64,000 bases of DNA from Octopus vulgaris (taxonomy: Eukaryota), in contig OX597824.1 of the NCBI GenBank assembly GCA_951406725.2, positions 25,544,001-25,608,000 of the forward strand, in the 5' to 3' direction. The position numbers and the translations under genes are program-made. Under the pieces are notes generated by a model. It made no database searches. It was not told the origin of the DNA and saw only the letters and a program-made list of their open reading frames with translations. Every line of letters starts with the position of its first letter. The first letter of the stretch is position 1. Positions 59,701 to 64,000 of the stretch are shown in pieces.

Positions 59701-60929
59701 TACATGTGAGTTCTCTAGACATCCTAGTGGTTGAGGCTATACTCATGAAGTAATGTAGATAATTAAGTAACATAAACAGATTTCAAAAGTTCATTAAAGT
59801 TCTTTAAAGATGATTTACAGTCTTATCACAGAATTTCAAAAAGTCTTAATAGCATCACAGAATTTCAAAAAGTCTTAATAGCATCACAGAGAAGGTGACC
59901 TGATCCATAGTGCACATATGAATTTCCAGAGATATGATGAGGGGTTACATACTCACAGAAAGCAAATTTATCCATTGTCAATTATAACGAGGTGGGTTTC
60001 AATTCCTGCTTATTAGCATTACAGAGAGGGTGAGTTAATCCTTTGTATAGATGCACAATTTCCAATGGTGTAGGTGTAAATTTCCAAGGAATTTCATATT
60101 CACCGGCGATAAATTTATCAATGGTTGAACACAATGAGGTAGGTATCAAATCTTGCTATATGAATAGGTATTTGTCACATTAATCAGATTACTGCTATTT
60201 ACAAGAGGCTGTAGCTATTTGATTTTTAAGGCTGAAGAGCTTACTAGAGCTGTATAGAATAGAAGAGGGAAGGGCATAGAAGAAAAGAGAGAAAATAAAA
60301 TAGAGAGAAAATAGAAAATTTTCTCTCTATTTTATTTTCTCTCTTTTCTTCTATGCCCTTCCCTCTTCTATTCTATACAGCTCTAGTAAGCTCTTCAGCC
60401 TTAAAAATCAAATAGCTACAGCCTCTTGTAAATAGCAGTAATCTGATTAATGTGACAAATACCTATTCATATAGCAAGATTTGATACCTACCTCATTGTG
60501 TTCAACCATTGATAAATTTATCGCCGGTGAATATGAAATTCCTTGAAATTTACACCTACACCATTGGAAATTGTGCATCTATACAAAGGATTAACTCACC
60601 CTCTCTGTAATGCTAATAAGCAGGAATTGAAACCCACCTCGTTATAATTGACAATGGATAAATTTGCTTTCTGTGAGTATGTAACCCCTCATCATATCTC
60701 TGGAAATTCATATGTGCACTATGGATCGGGTCACCTTCTCTGTGATGCTATTAAGACTTTTTGAAATTCTGTGATGCTATTAAGACTTTTTTGAAATTCT
60801 GTGATAAGACTGTAAATCATCTTTAAAGAACTTTAATGAACTTTTGAAATCTGTTTATGTTACTTAATTATCTACATTACTTCATGAGTATAGCCTCAAC
60901 CACTAGGATGTCTAGAGAACTCACATGTA

Positions 60930-61020
60930 TTTTAGCTGATGAGTACGGGACACGTTTATATGCTGTAATTTTTGCAACTTTTAATAAAACCTGTCCTTGT
61001 ATGAAACGATCGTACTAAAA
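60930..61020 (+). ncRNA. Type I hammerhead ribozyme with complete core; predicted cleavage after GUA (61014)
   Basis: TTTTAG-CTGATGA-GTACGGGACA..TGTCCTTGTAT-GAAA-C-GATC-G-TA-CTAAAA. Confidence 0.78.
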
Positions 61021-61196
61021 ACCTATCCATTCTTGTTGCTTCATTTTATATATATATATATATATAAATATTTACATAATATATATATATATATTTATAT
61101 ACATATATATATATATATATTTACATAATATATATATATATATATATTTACATAATATATATATATATATATTTACATAATATATATATATATATT

Positions 61197-61233
<37 letters not shown>

Positions 61234-61471
61234 ATAATATATATATATATTTACATAATATATATATATATTTATATACATATATATATATTTACATAAT
61301 ATATATATATATTTACGTAATATATATATATATATTTATATACATATATATATATTTACATAATATAAATATATATTTACATAATATATATATATATTTA
61401 CATAATATATATATATATATTTATATACATATATATATATATATATTTACATAATATATATATATATTTAC

Positions 61472-61558
<87 letters not shown>

Positions 61559-61618
61559 TATATTTATATATATATATAAAATATATATATGTATATATAT
61601 AATATATATATATATAAA

Positions 61619-61688
<70 letters not shown>

Positions 61689-61696
61689 TATATATA

Positions 61697-62079
61697 CTAG
61701 CAGTATCGCCCGGCGTTGCTCAGGTTTGTAAGGGAAATAACTATAAAGCATTTTTAGAGAGTTATAGCCAAAAAATAGCAAAAAAATGGAAAAAAAATGA
61801 TGGTAAATTTTTTTTGAAAGTTAAAAAGGGTGGAGTTGCGTCCCCTAGACGGTCTGTGGTTTGGGTTTCTGATTCTCGACCCCATGTCGAATTTATCGAT
61901 TTTTTTCAGAACTGGGGGAACTTTTCAAAATTTTCGCTGCGTTAGTTTTGAATTATGACATTGGGCTATGTGTGTGTCAAGTTTCATCAGAATCGGTTGA
62001 AAGCCGTGGTCAGAGTGAGGGTACGAGAAAACAGACACACAGAAAACGCACAGACAAACTGCCGTTTATATAGAGAGAG

Positions 62080-62080
<1 letters not shown>
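61697..62080 (-). mobile_element. Non-autonomous Helitron, second copy
   Basis: Near-identical to 2927-3307 with the same termini, in (TA)n. Confidence 0.8.
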
Positions 62081-62110
<30 letters not shown>

Positions 62111-62130
62111 ATATATATATATATATATAA

Positions 62131-62168
<38 letters not shown>

Positions 62169-62180
62169 TATATATATAAT

Positions 62181-62212
<32 letters not shown>

Positions 62213-62216
62213 ATAT

Positions 62217-62341
<125 letters not shown>

Positions 62342-62633
62342 TTATATATATATGTAATATATATATATATTTATATATATATATAATATATATACATTTA
62401 TATATAGATAGATAGATAGATATATAGATAGATAGATAGATAGAGATATGTGCGTATATTTTTGTATGTATGTTTACAGATAATTATATGAATATACTAA
62501 TCCACGGTTTACCCTTTAAATTACCAACTACTGTTAACCTTATTGCAAGGCCTATACATAGTTAGGTAATACAGCAGTAGGGCCTAAGGATACATTCATC
62601 CCTTTGACGGTTGCATAACCTCTAACCATAATT

Positions 62634-62692
<59 letters not shown>

Positions 62693-62880
62693 CATAAACA
62701 GATGAGTTTATTTTTACCTTGTTAACAATTAACACAGCACAAATAAAGAAAAACTTACCAGGGTAGCAAAAAATCTCACAAGTAAAGAGGTTGTAAATCC
62801 TTGGTTATAAAAGTAGAAACTTCGTGTTTACGTGGAATTTTTTGTATAATATATGAATAAATAAATGGAGTTTATTTTTT

Positions 62881-62964
62881 CTTTTGACACATGTTTCGAA
62901 AATTCCACTAATATTATTCAAAAGAATAAATGGTATAAACAATGCAATCTTCTCTACAGGAAAG
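62881..62964 (-). ncRNA. Degenerate type I hammerhead motif
   Basis: CTTTC-CTGTAGA-GAAGATT..AATTTTC-GAAA-C-ATGT-G-TC-AAAAG; core A6 is mutated. Confidence 0.45.
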
Positions 62965-63044
62965 TGAAAATACGAAACTCTGGGACCTGATTGCTATCTT
63001 CATTATTTTAGCATTTTTTTCTTTTATATTGTAGTAATCTTGTA

Positions 63045-63240
63045 CAGCGGCGCGCGCGCGCGCCGTCCTTTTCTGTTTCGCGCGTGAGTGTTAGCGCCTT
63101 CACCAAGACAGAGAGGAAGGGCCCTCTCGCGCATGCGCGAAGCACCGGAAGTAGGACCCTTTTGCCTACGTGGCAGTTAGCCGAGGCAAGGGGATCGTAG
63201 AACGTTTGACCACTAGCAGCAGTCAGCAGCGACTTGAGAC
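63045..63240. promoter_or_regulatory. CpG-rich promoter-like patch with NRF1-type and ETS-type motifs
   Basis: (CG)n at ~63050-63063, palindrome TCGCGCATGCGCGA (63127-63140), ACCGGAAGT (63144-63152). Confidence 0.4.
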
Positions 63241-64000
63241 ATGGCTATCGAAGGTACAACACGTATATTCTCTCTGTCCGAATTTGATTCTAGCAGCAGC
63301 CTTTACCGAAAGCTTTTAACCAAATTGTTGCAGACTACATCATTTTCCTTTCTCCGGACGCCATCTTTGACAAGTGTCGTTTTGCATTTGAACACTTTCT
63401 TATTTTACAGCGATAAGGTTCAGCTGAGACACATCTATACCAAAGGGATGCCAGATACACCAATTATCTATTACCACATAAGAGAATAAAGTAGATATAT
63501 ATTATTTACGTTTGCGTCTTGTTGTTTCTGACTGGTAGAGAATCTGGATTATTAAAGCAACGGAAAGTGATTGCTTCTCGCCCCCCCAAAAGGTCCAGAG
63601 AAGATATTCACACACTAGTCGTTACACTGGTGACCCCGACGTGATTCTGGTCTAAAACCAGAGATCACTTAACAACAAAGAAATCCAGTTTTTCTGCGAA
63701 GTCGGAACACGATTAACTCTACGCATTCATCTTTCGACGATTTGTTTCCGTCCTCTCGGACCGTTATAGAAGGAGCTTCTTTTATTCTTCGATGCTTTTT
63801 CTCTGCCTTTGTCATCATCATCGTCGTCTTAGAACTTCACGTCGTCGTTATCTTCGTCGCCATCAACACTAAGAACAATGTTGTCTCAAGTCCAATGCAG
63901 TCGCCTCCACCACCGTCGCCTTTCAACACCGTCGACCTCCACAAGATGTACATAGCAACTCGCGGAAGTTTAGCCCACTTGCTGTTTTGTGCATGGCACA

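Larger units (their letters stand above)
59586..61045. repeat. Near-perfect palindrome: 727/728-bp arms, 5-nt spacer (60313-60317)
   Basis: Right arm is the reverse complement of the left; by eye I see 1 substitution and 3 single-base homopolymer indels. Confidence 0.95.

Noticed and set aside
59824-59888. 29-bp tandem repeat suggestive of CRISPR
   Set aside because: Two adjacent copies with no spacers, in a eukaryotic context with no cas genes.
63241-63489. 82-aa ORF after the CpG patch
   Set aside because: No recognisable domain or splice support.

Overview
Eukaryotic, AT-rich, microsatellite- and transposon-saturated DNA. The SINE families, (TA)/(TAA) arrays and Dong/Penelope load point to an octopod cephalopod, which is my inference from repeat content. 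Host genes are two tandem paralogous class A (rhodopsin-like) orphan GPCRs (262-1479 and 40396-41607, both +). Each has an uninterrupted CDS preceded by a conserved splice acceptor. Three paralogous non-coding modules ending in a GTAAGT donor (~13.2, ~28.8, ~52.1 kb) look like the cluster's promoter/5'-leader exons, so two leaders lie upstream of a single coding exon. The rest is TE debris: mariner/Tc1, a Chapaev3 with intact ends, Tx1/L1, R4/Dong in (TAA)n, a nearly intact CR1-group LINE in (TA)n, Penelope-like elements, Helitron derivatives and tRNA-SINEs. Less obvious features are a series of type I hammerhead-ribozyme motifs, two of them within a ~1.46 kb near-perfect palindrome (59586-61045), and a covarying 3' hairpin shared by a SINE and two CR1-like LINEs. 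All calls were made by eye; no searches or folding programs were run.
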